DNA of 64,000 bases from Octopus vulgaris (lineage: Eukaryota), in assembly GCA_951406725.2 (NCBI GenBank), contig OX597829.1, forward strand, positions 36,270,001-36,334,000, in the 5' to 3' direction. Position 1 is the first letter of the stretch; each line of letters starts with the position of its first letter. The notes below the pieces were generated by a model, which worked only from the letters and a program-made list of their open reading frames with translations, did no database searches and was not told where the DNA came from. Of this stretch, positions 40,222 through 53,868 are shown one piece after another. The position numbers and the translations under genes were made by a program.

Positions 40222-40303
<82 letters not shown>

Positions 40304-41123
40304 CTGAGTGTGTGTGTATGTATGTATGTATGTATGTATGTATAAATGTGTGAAGCTGAGAGAAAAAGAGAGAAAGAGAGAGTGAGAGAGAGAGAGAGAT
40401 AAATGAATTCACATACACGCAGATATGTGTTTGTGTATGTTTATATATTCAGATATATATATGTATGTATGCGTATCATCATACATATATGTGGTGGTAG
40501 TATATGTGTGCAATTTGTATACTCACACACATATATATAAACACCCACAAATTTGTGTATGTATATATAAATTATACACACACACACACACACACACATA
40601 CTCACACGTTTATATGCATGTGTGAGAGAGGGAGAGAGAGAGAAAGAAAGAGAGAGAGAGAGAAGAGAGCGAGATAGTTAGATAAATACATAGATATTGT
40701 GAATATGAAAAAAAAAACGAAGTCATAAAAAGGAAAAGCGGGACAACAGAATACAATAAAACCTAAAAGTGTGAAATACAATATGTGAAATATTAGAATA
40801 GAGATTGGAGAGTTAAACAATCTGTGAAGAAGCAAAAGCATTGGAAAAAGGATTTTGAGAGATAAAAGGGTGGTGGGGTGGGGGAGATATAAGAGGTGAG
40901 ATTGAAGGAGTGCAAGAACGGCTAAAATTTTTCTTCATTTGCTTTCTTTATTCTTTTCTGATTCATAAACAGTTAAATAATGATGTCAAGAATTGACAAG
41001 AAATAAATCTTTGGGTTGAATTCAGCCGCCGGCACGTGAGAGTTTTCTGATCTTGATGAAAGAGAGTAAATAAATATGTACGCGCCAATATATATAGATC
41101 TGCATATCTTATACTACATACAG

Positions 41124-41158
<35 letters not shown>

Positions 41159-41353
41159 CGCACACTTACATAGAGATGCATTCATTCATTATTGTGAATG
41201 TGTATATGTGGACGTACAGTGTTATCTACGAGTGTGCTTGCGCACGTTAGATATATATATATATACATATACATATACATATACATACACACATACATAG
41301 ACACACATATATATATATGCATATACATACATACACACACACATACACACATA

Positions 41354-41391
<38 letters not shown>

Positions 41392-41435
41392 TTAATGAGA
41401 GGACAAAAGAAAGGGAGTCATATACTCAGATTCAT

Positions 41436-41518
41436 TAGCTTACTGTTGTTTCTGCTATAATGAATTATGCATCCAGATTTAAGTGCTCGAGCAAAAATTT
41501 ATAGCATCCTCAGAGCCA
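41436..41518 (-). ncRNA. Type I hammerhead ribozyme, intact core
   Basis: Minus strand TGGCT-CTGAGGA-TGCTATAA-(loop)-TTATAGCA-GAAAC-AACA-GTA-AGCTA. Perfect 8-bp stem II, stem I TGGCT/AGCTA with one G-U pair, all core nucleotides present. Confidence 0.75.
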
Positions 41519-41916
41519 TTAAATGAAGAGCTTCTTTACTGACGAAAGCGTTTAAATATATATTTGGGCATACATAGACACTCATATATTAGAATACATT
41601 TAGAGAGATATGAACATAAATTGCCGATACACTCACATATAGACACACATGCCCATCGTTATAATTATAAATGCGTACTGCATATTTATACATTCCGTTG
41701 TATTTACGCGCATGACTCTCTAGTATGTATTTATGTATGTGTGCGTATATGTATGGATACATCGGTATATATACATATATAGCTATTCTTTGCGTGTATC
41801 TATATGCACCTTGTACATCAAGGTGAACATGTATATGCTTGTAGGTGCATAAGTGTGCAGATGTGGGTACGTATGTGTTTGTGCATTTGAGCTTATACAC
41901 ACACACACACAAACAC

Positions 41917-41969
<53 letters not shown>

Positions 41970-42411
41970 CATATATAGGCGTATATATGGGTGTATATAT
42001 TGGTGTATGTTTATTGCTGTCAGTGATCGTGCACGTGCGTATGTGTATGTGCATGAGTATGCAAATATATTTTTATATTTTATTTTTGTATATATGCATA
42101 CATGTATGTGTATATATATATATATATATAGTCATCGAAATTTTTGTTTGTCTTGTTGTCGAGAGAGGCTCCCTTTCTTTCCTGATGAGAAGATTGCATA
42201 ATGCACTCTTTATTCCTTTGGAATGAAACCATGTTGTCTTCGAAACATATGTCGAGAGTAAAGGAATTTTGTTAACATCTTCGTTCGACTCCATTGTTTC
42301 ATTTATTCATATACAACACACAAATTTCTGCACATGAATCCGCAGACAGACAAACAGACAGACAGATAGACAGATGACTGAAAATAGGATAATTCATTCA
42401 CCTATATATAA

Positions 42412-42490
<79 letters not shown>

Positions 42491-42769
42491 TGTGTGTATG
42501 TATACGTTTGTATGCGTATATTCATATATATATATATATAATATATATCTATATGTATACCTATATACATACGTATACGTACACACCTACATGTATATGT
42601 TTTTACATATGAATGTGGGCACAGGACGTCACAAAACATAAACAACAAAAAATAAAAAATATATATACATAGCTGTTTGTATGTATACATATGTGTGTGT
42701 GAGAGAGAGAGAGAGAGTGTGTGTGTGTGTGTGTGAGAGTGTGTGTGTGTCTGTGTGTGTCTGTGTGTG

Positions 42770-42822
<53 letters not shown>

Positions 42823-42850
42823 ATATTTTTATATATATATATATATATAT

Positions 42851-42923
<73 letters not shown>

Positions 42924-43293
42924 CACACACAGACACACACATACACATATATATATATATATACGGATGTATATATATATATATATACATACGGATGGAC
43001 GGACGGGCGGAAAGACGGGCAGACAAGCAGACAGACAAACAGACAGACAGATAGACAGATGACTGAAAATGGAAATAATGTGATTTTTTTTATTCAAATC
43101 CAATGCAATTGTTTAGACACCGTTTCGTACCCGTAGTTCATAAGTGAGATCTTGTATAGTCATTATCTTACATCCCATGGGTACTTGGATTGCATCTCTT
43201 CAAATGACTGTTTAAAAAAAAAGTTCCATGTTACATAATTCCCGCCATTTGCGCCTCCACAAACATAGATATATATATATATACATGTATATA

Positions 43294-43420
43294 CGACGGT
43301 TTGTTTCCGTTTCCTTCTATCAAATCCACTCACAAGGTTTTGGTCGGCCCGAAGCTATATTAGGAAACACTTGGCAAAGTGCCATGCAGTGGGACTGAAC
43401 CGAGAACCATGTAGTTGTAA
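43294..43420 (-). mobile_element. CORE-type SINE family B fragment
   Basis: CAAATCCACTCACAAGG...GCCATGCAGTGGGACTGAACC (reverse complement of the family head). Confidence 0.75.
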
Positions 43421-43554
43421 TATACATACGCCTCATCGCTGTACACACAAATTGCTATTAGTTCACTAATTAGAAATATATGTTCATGTGTACAGTCACA
43501 CATACACGCATACACGGCCACGCACACACATATACGCACGCACACATTCGTGTG

Positions 43555-43589
<35 letters not shown>

Positions 43590-43924
43590 GAGTGAGTGTG
43601 TGTGTGCCCCAGCATGGCCACAGCTCATGAGCTGAAACTGGAAAAATCAAAAATCAAAATCAAAATACGTATATATGTCTCTGACTATGCATGTATAAAA
43701 CGAAAACGAGTTAAGAAGAATGACTGAGCGGTGAGTGCCGTGTATTGGACAGTAGATGCAAATATGTGCATATTATACTGAATGGGACTTCGAAGTTCCG
43801 TTGGGTATACAGCTCATTAAATTGATTGGTAATAAGATTAAGCTATTCACCTGACGAAAGTTCTAATCGCTGAATTTATTGAAGTTACGAACTATCAGAT
43901 TGTAACGAATTTTTTATTTACTTT

Positions 43925-44133
43925 ATATTCGCACACTTATTGCGGGTATTACGATCCAAGACGCCCGCGATTAGTGAAAATACACAAGGTAGAAACAGTA
44001 CTGTGCTGTATTTTTTATTTTTTATTTATAATTTGTATATATTTACTTTATTATAAATTTGAAACAACAACACGGAGAAGCCGGAATAGGTGAACCGCGA
44101 TAAGTGAAATGCGATAGGGCGAAAGATTACTGT
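43925..44133. mobile_element. Possible Tigger/pogo-like MITE remnant
   Basis: The right end CCGCGATAAGTGAAATGCGATAGGGCGAAAGATTACTG|TA resembles Tigger-type TIRs. The left end is degenerate (TTATTGCGGG...CCCGCGATTAGTGAAAA). Confidence 0.4.
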
Positions 44134-44178
44134 ATATGTGAATGTTATTCTGTATGTGTGTGTTTGTATGTGCACGTA

Positions 44179-44224
<46 letters not shown>

Positions 44225-44225
<1 letters not shown>

Positions 44226-44620
44226 TAGCAGTATCGCCCGGCGTTGCTCGGGTTTGTAAGGGAAATAACTATATAAGCATTTTAGAGAGTTATAGCAAAA
44301 AAATAGCAAAAAAATGCATTAAAAATGGAATAAAAAATTATGGTAATTTTTTTTTTTTAAATCGTTCACTCATCGTAGACATTTTTAGAGAGTTACTTCC
44401 TTATATAATAGCGAAAAAAATGCATTAAAATGGAAAAAATGATGGTAATTTTTTTTTTTAATCGTAGACTCATCGTAGACGCGCGCTAATACCCAGAAGG
44501 GCTCGATATGAATCACGACTATAAGATACCCGGTTTTGGTTAAACTGCACCGCAAAATGTGGGAGTAGTTAGGAATCTAAATCGTAGGAGACAGACACAC
44601 AACTTCACTTTTATATATAA

Positions 44621-44623
<3 letters not shown>
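44225..44623 (-). mobile_element. Non-autonomous Helitron, complete, with an internal ~100-bp duplication
   Basis: Minus strand A|TCTTTATATATAAAAGTG ... CCCGAGCAACGCCGGG CGATACTG CTAG|T. Canonical TC/CTAG ends, AT target and subterminal hairpin. Inserted in (AT)n. Confidence 0.88.
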
Positions 44624-44709
<86 letters not shown>

Positions 44710-44778
44710 ACCAAGAAAGTTAGTTGTGAATCCAACCCACTAAGGGATAATATTTATCCAATATACTGTTGGTATAAC

Positions 44779-44929
44779 TTACATATGACGGATATTTGTC
44801 CTTATCTTGTTTGTTGTTAACACAACGTTTCGGCTGGTATACCCTCCAGCCTTTATCAGGTGTCTTGAGGAAATTTAGAACCTGGATTCTCATTCCTAAG
44901 GTATTTTTCGGTGTTGTCGTTAATTAATT

Positions 44930-44979
<50 letters not shown>

Positions 44980-44989
44980 TGATGATAAT

Positions 44990-45087
<98 letters not shown>

Positions 45088-45241
45088 CAACAACAACAAC
45101 AACAACATCGAAAAATACCTTAGGAATGAGAACCCAGGTTCGAAATTTCCCCCAAAACACCTGATGAAGACTGAGGGCTATATCAGCCGAAATGTTGTGT
45201 TAACAACAAACAATATGTAGACAAAATTCGTCAAAATGTAA
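44779..45241. mobile_element. Inverted pair (~140-bp arms) around (AAT)n/(AAC)n, each arm carrying a minimal hammerhead
   Basis: 44779-44921 is an inverted copy of 45098-45241. The + copy (45156-45201) reads AACAC-CTGATGA-A-GACTGA..TCAGCC-GAAAT-GTT-GTGTT. The minus copy (44819-44865) reads GACAC-CTGATAA-A-GGCTGG..CCAGCC-GAAAC-GTT-GTGTT. Confidence 0.8.
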
Positions 45242-45542
45242 ATAATGTAAATAAGGTACATAATTTCTCATCTCTTAAATATAGAACTGTTTTATATATA
45301 TATATACTTTCTCAGATGCAGCACGGAATTTTGTCAGTGAACAGGTCGCGGTCTCAAAGCGTCGAAAATATTTTGGAAAATTAAATTTAAATGTTGAAGT
45401 GAATCTAACGGTTGTGTGTTTCTTAAATGCCTTATAAACACCTTCCACGCTGCAATTGTTTTCGTTCCAGCACACGATCTCAGATCAGGTCACTTGCTAT
45501 GCAAGTACATTTCCGTAATATATATATATATATATATATATA

Positions 45543-45587
<45 letters not shown>

Positions 45588-45658
45588 TAAACAGACAGAC
45601 AGACAGAGACAGAGAGACAGAGAGAGAAAGATAGATAGATAGAGATAAATATATAGAC

Positions 45659-45757
<99 letters not shown>

Positions 45758-45758
45758 C

Positions 45759-45826
45759 TCAATAGAGTCGGTATATTATCCGATATATATATATATATAT
45801 ATCGGATAATATACCGACTCTATTGA
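45759..45826. repeat. Perfect 68-bp palindrome centred on (AT)10
   Basis: TCAATAGAGTCGGTATATTATCCG-(AT)10-CGGATAATATACCGACTCTATTGA. Confidence 0.95.
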
Positions 45827-45952
45827 AAGATATACGAGGTGCATCTTTTCCCTGACTTATGATCTCTAAGATGACTCATGTACGCACACACACACGCACA
45901 CATATATATATATATACATATACACACACATATATATATATATATACACATA

Positions 45953-46011
<59 letters not shown>

Positions 46012-46398
46012 GCATTGAAGCAGTAACGTTCTTTTTCTCCTTCTCTCCCATTGCACGCATACATGAATACGTACTTTCATTCATAACTACTAACATACAT
46101 ACATGCACGGATATATTCATATGTATATGCATGCACGCGCACATACGCGCACACACAGACACACACTTTCACAGAGATATGTGTGTGTGTGAGAGAGAGA
46201 GAGAGAGAAAGAAAATGAGTGGCTGAAGAACAGATAGACGGATAAAGGGAGACAATGAATTATAGGTGAATTATAAATGCTGGGCGAAAGCTTCTGATAT
46301 ATCTGTATGCCTCACTCAAAACACACATGATATGTTTATATACATATTCGTCTGTCTATCTATGTAGTTATCGACCTCTCTAGACCACACCACACACA

Positions 46399-46475
<77 letters not shown>

Positions 46476-46513
46476 GTCTGTCTCTCTGTCTCTCTGTCTA
46501 TCTATCTATCTAC

Positions 46514-46567
<54 letters not shown>

Positions 46568-46612
46568 GTCTGCCTGTCTCTCTGTCTCTCTGTCTGTCTA
46601 TCTATCTATCTG

Positions 46613-46713
<101 letters not shown>

Positions 46714-46801
46714 TTATCTATCTATCTATATGTCTGTCTCTCTACCTATCTATCTATGTATGTATCTATCTGACTATCTCTCTCTATATATATATAGTTA
46801 T

Positions 46802-46848
<47 letters not shown>

Positions 46849-46901
46849 TCTCTCTCTCTCTCTTTATATATATATATAGTTAAAAGTATACACACACACA
46901 C

Positions 46902-46934
<33 letters not shown>

Positions 46935-46982
46935 CGTGCGTGTGGTGTACGCGTATATGTACATACATACACACACGTATAT

Positions 46983-47087
<105 letters not shown>

Positions 47088-47214
47088 TGCATGTGTGTAT
47101 GTGTGTATGTTAGTTCATTCATAACACCCGGAGTAACTTATACATCAATGAGTTAATTCCATATTTTTAGAACTGTAGTGCAAAGAAATATTTTAACGTA
47201 ACTTTAACATGTAC

Positions 47215-47250
<36 letters not shown>

Positions 47251-47295
47251 GTGCGTGTGTGCGTGTGTGCGTGTGTGTGTAATGTGTGTGCGTGC

Positions 47296-47328
<33 letters not shown>

Positions 47329-47570
47329 TGTGTGTGTTTCTGTATATACATTATAGTATTGTGTGTGTGTTTTTTTTTCTTTTTTCGTTGAATTTAATCT
47401 CGTTGTGTTATGTTCCATTGTTTTCATTGTTAGTAATTGATACTGTCTTTGTTGTATTGTTGTTTACATTTTTAATTGTTGTTGTTGTTGTTGTTGATTT
47501 CATTCCGTTGATGGATGTCGCAAATTTCCTATTCCGTTCGAAACAAAACAAGTGAAACATTCATTACTTT

Positions 47571-47674
47571 CATCATCATCATCAGCAGCAGCAGCAGCAC
47601 CACCGCCACCACCACCACCACCACTACCACTATCATCATCATCATCATCATCAACGTCTTTATTATTATTATTA

Positions 47675-47723
<49 letters not shown>

Positions 47724-47759
47724 CATCATCATCATCATCATCATTATTATTGTTATTGC

Positions 47760-47795
<36 letters not shown>

Positions 47796-47830
47796 CATCA
47801 TCATCATCATCATCATTATTATTATTGTTA

Positions 47831-47873
<43 letters not shown>

Positions 47874-47881
47874 CATCATCA

Positions 47882-47927
<46 letters not shown>

Positions 47928-48012
47928 CATTATTATTATTATTATTATTATTATCATCATCATCATCATCATCATTATTATTATTATTATTATTATTATC
48001 ATTATTATTATC
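47571..48012. repeat. Compound (ATT)n/(ATC)n microsatellite with higher-order periodicity
   Basis: Direct reading: alternating ATT and ATC blocks. Confidence 0.95.
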
Positions 48013-48271
48013 ATCCGTAATATAAATATTTTAATCTTTATTCTTGCTGCTGCTTATAAATCTCGTTTGTTTTGTTATTGTTATATTTATTTAGTAATGT
48101 ATTGTTGTTATTCATTCCCTTGCTATTATTCTTTTTGTGGCAACCACTAAAACAACGCCTTTAACATTTATCATTTAGACGTGCATTATCTAACAATAAT
48201 GCAGCGAGTGGGTGTGGAAGATAATGAAAGGGAGACAGAAGGAATATGAATCGTATAGAGAGAAAGAACGA

Positions 48272-48310
<39 letters not shown>

Positions 48311-49410
48311 CGGGAGAGAGAAAATAGTAAGAGATGTGGTGGTGAGGGGAAGAGAGAATATCAAATATAAAGAGAGTGAGAGGAAAACGAAATAGAGAAG
48401 AGAATGAAGAGGATGAGGAAAAATAAATAAAAAAAAAGGAAGAGGGAGAAAGAAACTAATATGTGAAGGATGAATAAACAAAACGAAAGAAATATATAAA
48501 AAAAAAAGAGAGTGACAGGGAAACAGTAAGAGATAGAGAGAGAGGGTGTGTAAAAAAGAAAATAAGAGATGTTGATTTAGAAAGAGGTGAGGTGAGGGGG
48601 TATAGCAGAGAAAGAAAAAGAGAGCTAAAAAGAGAAAGAGTAAAATATTTATTATTTCTTTCTCAGTGGCCCATTACACTTGTCACGCATGGCTGAGCAA
48701 CTGAGTATTCCGAGACATTCTTTGCAGACATGAAACGTTGGTCGAACTGCGTAAATTTTTGACCATTTACAGGTCACTGAAAGTTATTGGCAATAAAATG
48801 TTGGAGCCACTATGCACTATTTTCAAATGCAATGAGCTAAATCAAATTACTGCATAAGTTTGAACGGTTTGTGGTCGAGTTGAATGGTTGACTTGACAAG
48901 AATAGTTCACAGAGAAATAGCATGATGTTTAAATTGATTATTCATTTTACTGACACTGTTTTGGAACTAATTTCTTTGCGAGTAGGAATACAGTAAAAAG
49001 AGCTAATCCTATACACAAGCCTATGGCTGAATGAATCTTTGGGTCAGATTTGTGGTTTAGTTGATATTTCATCAATGCAGAAGAGGAAGTAAAGAGAAAA
49101 AATGTTTTATTGTGTACATCATATCGTCGCAACAATGTTACACTTTGAACTACAAATAGAACCTAGTGTTTTATGACAAAGACCAGAAATGCGCATTGGT
49201 TTGCAGGCTGCAATATAAAACCCTTTGTTTTTATACATGTAAATATGCATGCATTCAGAGAAAAGTATGATTTGGAACAGGTTGGAGATAAATCCAACCA
49301 TTCAATAAGAATTCGAACATCGTTAAAGCAAAAATAAAATATGTGGGATGTGGGATGATGGAAAGAAACGAGGAGAAAGAGAAAATGTTATGAATGATCT
49401 CTGTGTGTGT

Positions 49411-49481
<71 letters not shown>

Positions 49482-49838
49482 CGTGCATGCGCGCGTGTCC
49501 ATGTGAGGTTTTTCTATATGTAAAGATATATGTACGTATCGTCATAATTATCATCATCATCATGGCTTGACTGTAGTATCAGATATCATACTCCCCACCA
49601 CAAGAAGCCAATATTTTGAATAAACGAAATAAGCTGTTAAGCCCTTGCATGCACGAGGCTAAGTATCTTTTACGCAAATACAAGCCTCCTTGTATTTCGT
49701 TCTGGCTCAGAAAAAAAAAAATCGTTGGTTTCGAAATGTTTAGTTGATAGGTTTTAGTGCTATATGTTTTAATATATGTGGCTGCGCATCTATATATCTA
49801 TACTATGTGCGAGTATATGTATATAGGCATGTGTGCGT

Positions 49839-49880
<42 letters not shown>

Positions 49881-49916
49881 GTGTGTGTGTCTGTGTGTGT
49901 GTGTACATAAAAAATG

Positions 49917-50162
49917 GTCCTTCTCGAACCTTGCTAGGCTCATAAGAGCCGGGTTCCCGGTTTCAGTGACGTAGAAATTCCCTACCTGGACGGGAGGCCG
50001 GTTCGTCGCAGGATTACTCATTTTTGCCAGCTGAATGGACTGGAGTAACGTGAAATGAAGTGTTTTGCTCAAGAAGACAACGCATTGCCCGGTCCAGGAA
50101 TCGAAATCACAACATTCCGATCATGATTTCGTCACCCTAACCACTAAGCCACGTGCCTCCAC
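49917..50162 (-). mobile_element. tRNA-derived SINE, family C-related
   Basis: Reverse complement GGAGGCACGTGGCTTAGTGGTTAGGGTG...GATTTCGATTCCTGGACCGGGC...CTTGAGCAAAACACTTCATTTCACG...CAGCTGGCAAAAATGAGT. Confidence 0.85.
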
Positions 50163-51596
50163 ATGTATACATAGGTATACATAAATATATAAGGGTTATT
50201 GTAGTCAAATTCAACAATGGTTCTTTGCGAAATTGCTTAGATTGTCTTCCATTTATATCATTTGTTAATACGCATGAGAGGTGTAATTCCTGCAAATTTT
50301 AGCCACATAGCTTTTACCGATGGCCATTTAGGCAATTTCTTAACTTTTCAATATATTGAATTCCTTTTATTTTTAGGGACCCATCGTTCAAAATTGGTTT
50401 GGTACCACACCTTAGAAAGTACGTTTCTTTAATCTCACCATCTCAAATCCATCAGACACTAACTACCTATTCTTTTTATTTAGCCAATGTAGAGAAGACG
50501 CCAACCAAAAATTGTAAAGATCCATGTCTATTTTTTTTTTTTAATTAAATTTAAGCAGTTATTACTAAATAACGACAGTTGGTGAACATTCCATCTTCAC
50601 TAATCTTACAGTAAGGTCTGAAATCTTAACAGAGCACATGAAGTCTCATACTAAAAAGCATGTTTTCTTGTGCAATGGGGGTAAGGAAAAGCGGAACAAA
50701 GTGGAAAATTCGATATTCTTTTCAATTTTTGAACCAGAATGACTTCTTATCACTAAGTTAAAACTATATGAAATTAAACATTCTGAAAATATACCCGATG
50801 GTAAATATAGAAATGTAAAACTACAGCATTTACAACCACTTTAAATATCAATTTTCATCCCCTGAACATAGCTTAGAATAGAAATTCCTATTTTGTGGGG
50901 ATAGTTCATAGCCGCGGAAATCAATGTGTGACAAGTAGCAAAACTTTCTAACCTTAACATTCTTGGATATTGACCTATTGACTATACAACAACGACAATG
51001 TGATTGGTAGATGGAGCTTTATACTTGCATAACATCTTTATAGATTCAGAAGTTCGAAGAGAAGAAAAATTCTCCTAGTCCCAATATTGATAGCTGATGA
51101 GACAATTATAAACATCTTAGGCTATATTTTCCCTACAAAGCTGAAGAAAAATTAATAAAACTAGTAAAAGATCGGAAATAACACGAAACAGTGGAAAGCA
51201 AAATGAATCCAAGCTATTTGCTAGCCTAATATCTAGCATCTCAACTCATGAATTGTTAGTGAGTAAAGCATCTTTTGAAACTTTTTAAACTGTCCTTTTT
51301 TCCCAACTTTTCCTACCAACAGAGCAAAATGCTGATTTTATTGAAATGAATGCTCATTTGGAAGAATACCACTGCATTGCAGTTTTGATGTAAAGAAAAG
51401 TTAGTGGTTATTGCATTGATTTGATAAGTGAATAGATTGCATTTTGTGTAGTTCTAAACACAAATAGAATCTGTTGCAGTCACATGCTAGTTTTTTGTAG
51501 TGTTTGTGATTATCAGTTACGTTAATATTTATAATCTTATGATTTCAGAGTAAAATGGAGAGTTACAGTTGCTCAGTAGGAAAGGTACTGATTGCT

Positions 51597-51822
51597 TGCT
51601 GAAACCCAACTTTCCTGAAATAGAGAAGGTTATTTATTTCAGTGATGGGGACATCATCACAGCATAAAAACCACAAGAATATTTCTAATTTTATCTTCCA
51701 CGAGAATTTTCAGTTAAGAGCTGAATGGCACTTCTTTGTCACATCATACAGTAAGAATTCTAGTGATGTCCTTGGTGGGATCATCAAGCGCTTAGCAACA
51801 CGAGCAAGTTTGCAAAAAGCAT
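51597..51822 (+). mobile_element. DDE transposase fragment, Sola2-like, frameshifted and truncated by a SINE tail
   Basis: KVIYFSDG/(+1)TSSQHKNHKN...AEWHFFVTSYSKNSSDVLGGIIKRLATRASLQ matches the FSDGxxxQYKN...WHFFATSHGKxxCDGxGGxxKR pattern. The Sola2 assignment is from recall of that motif. Confidence 0.7.
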
Positions 51823-51992
51823 CTCTTTACTTGTTTCAGTTATTTGATTGCAGCCATGCTGGAGGACTGCCTTGAAGGGTTTTAGTCGAACAAATCAACT
51901 CTAGGACTTATTCTTTCTAAGCCTACTACTTATTCTATCGGATAAAGTACATGCGATATTTCGGTTTGTAATCAATAGTTATATATATATAA

Positions 51993-52067
<75 letters not shown>

Positions 52068-52435
52068 TGTTTGTATATATGTGAAGTATATACACACATA
52101 TACAGTACGTATACATATATATTCGTTTATTTTGTAAGTAGAATTATAAACCTTCACTGTATATTGACTATAGAAAATAGTCAAATATTAGATCAAATAA
52201 CGCGTTGAAAATAGGCTTTAGTACACGTAGAAATCAAATCCACACCACTTATTTTTGTAATAGGCGTAAAAAATTTCAATCTCCACTGTTTCCGAATTTA
52301 CGTAGAATTCGCGCAAGTTTACAGCCCTATCCCCACGTACATACATACACACATGCATACACACACACACACATGCATACACACACACACACATGCATAC
52401 ACACACACAGATGCACACACACACACATATATATA

Positions 52436-53644
52436 ATGTATGATAAATTTATGGAATGCAGTTCCATAAATCCCATCAATTTTGTTAAAAATGGAGGAAA
52501 CAAGTTAAAATTTATAAGAAGTTTAATTCTTGCAGACGATCGTTTCGTACAGAGATATAATAATATAAATTCCAGATTGAATTAAATTAAATAAATATCA
52601 ACGTACTCTTCAGTGCAGGAAAGAAAGAACCATAATACAAGGAACTTAAAAAGGAATAGAGCAGAAGAAATTGAATCTAGGAGGGTCATATTGGTATCCG
52701 TGTGCGAAAAAGATGGGAGTCATGTCGGATATTTAACCATAATTAACGGCTTCAACAGTTATTTTGAGATATAAGTAAAGAGGTGTCGGAGACGTTCCCT
52801 CTATAGATAAGTATGGAAATTTGAATTATAGTTTCATATATATGTAGCGTAGGGCAAGTAAGTAGTAGAACTGTCCAATGGTAAGACAGTACCAAATTCA
52901 AATTCAAATTAAAACTAACTGTTGAAATCAGTACCCAGTATAATATATTTAGAAAAATAAATCTATACATCAGAAGGAAATTTAGCAAGAAGAAATGGTA
53001 TATGAGAAGCTAATATTAGATAGTTAACGTAAACAAATTGCAAAAAATAGAGGATTGAGAATGAGTTAAAGAGAGATGATGTATATAAAAGACTCAGGTT
53101 TACATAAAAAAATCATATTAGGTAACACGTCTCAATAATAAAGAAGAAAATAAGTAAAAACAGAGAGGCAATTATTAATATTACAATTAAAGTAGTATGT
53201 ACTTGCGGTGTTCATAAAGATAAAAATGTGAATTTAAAAATGAAGTTAGATAGACCAAAGTAAATGTAGGGGAGATAAATGAGCAGGAGGGATATAGAAA
53301 GACAGTATGGTTGTAATGGTATTCGAGCTGTAGGGGTACCGTGCCAGTATAAATATAAGAAAAAACCACGAGTAGAAGGGTACACATAAGTGTACAAAGA
53401 TTTACACATAATATAGAGGAAAGATAATCTAATAAGGAGAAGAGTGTGTGTTTAGTCATACGTTTGTAGAGGCATATTTACACATATTTATTTGATTCAA
53501 TTCAATCAGAAATTATTATATCGCTGTACGAAACGATCGTCTGCAAGAATTAAATTTCTTATAAATTTTAACAACCTGTTTCCTCCATTCTTAACAAAAT
53601 TGTTTTAGATTTATGGAACTTCATTCCATTAATTCATCATACAT
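52436..53644. mobile_element. ~1.2-kb element bounded by ~160-bp inverted repeats (Penelope inverted pseudo-LTR type)
   Basis: 52436-52598 is an inverted copy of 53484-53644. Both arms contain GTAC-GAAAC-GATC-GTC-TGCAAGAA. Confidence 0.8.
52527..52621 (-). ncRNA. Type I hammerhead ribozyme, intact core, palindromic loop 3
   Basis: Minus strand TTCCTGCA-CTGAAGA-GTACG..GATAT-(loop)-ATATC..TGTAC-GAAAC-GATC-GTC-TGCAAGAA. Stem I pairs at 7/8 positions. Predicted cleavage after GUC, between 52535 and 52534. Confidence 0.82.
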
Positions 53645-53781
53645 AATAGAAAAGTACTACTTTCATATCTTCGCAAATTTACGCTTTAAATTCCCAGCAA
53701 AGTCTGATGAACATTGGAAATCTATTTTGGAAACTTTCAGTTAAAGGACGAATCCACATTCAACCTTTATACACCTTATAT

Positions 53782-53868
<87 letters not shown>

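Noticed and set aside
48728-48750. Possible micro-exon (ttctttgcag|...|gtaaat)
   Set aside because: 23 nt, weak donor context and no supporting compositional signal.
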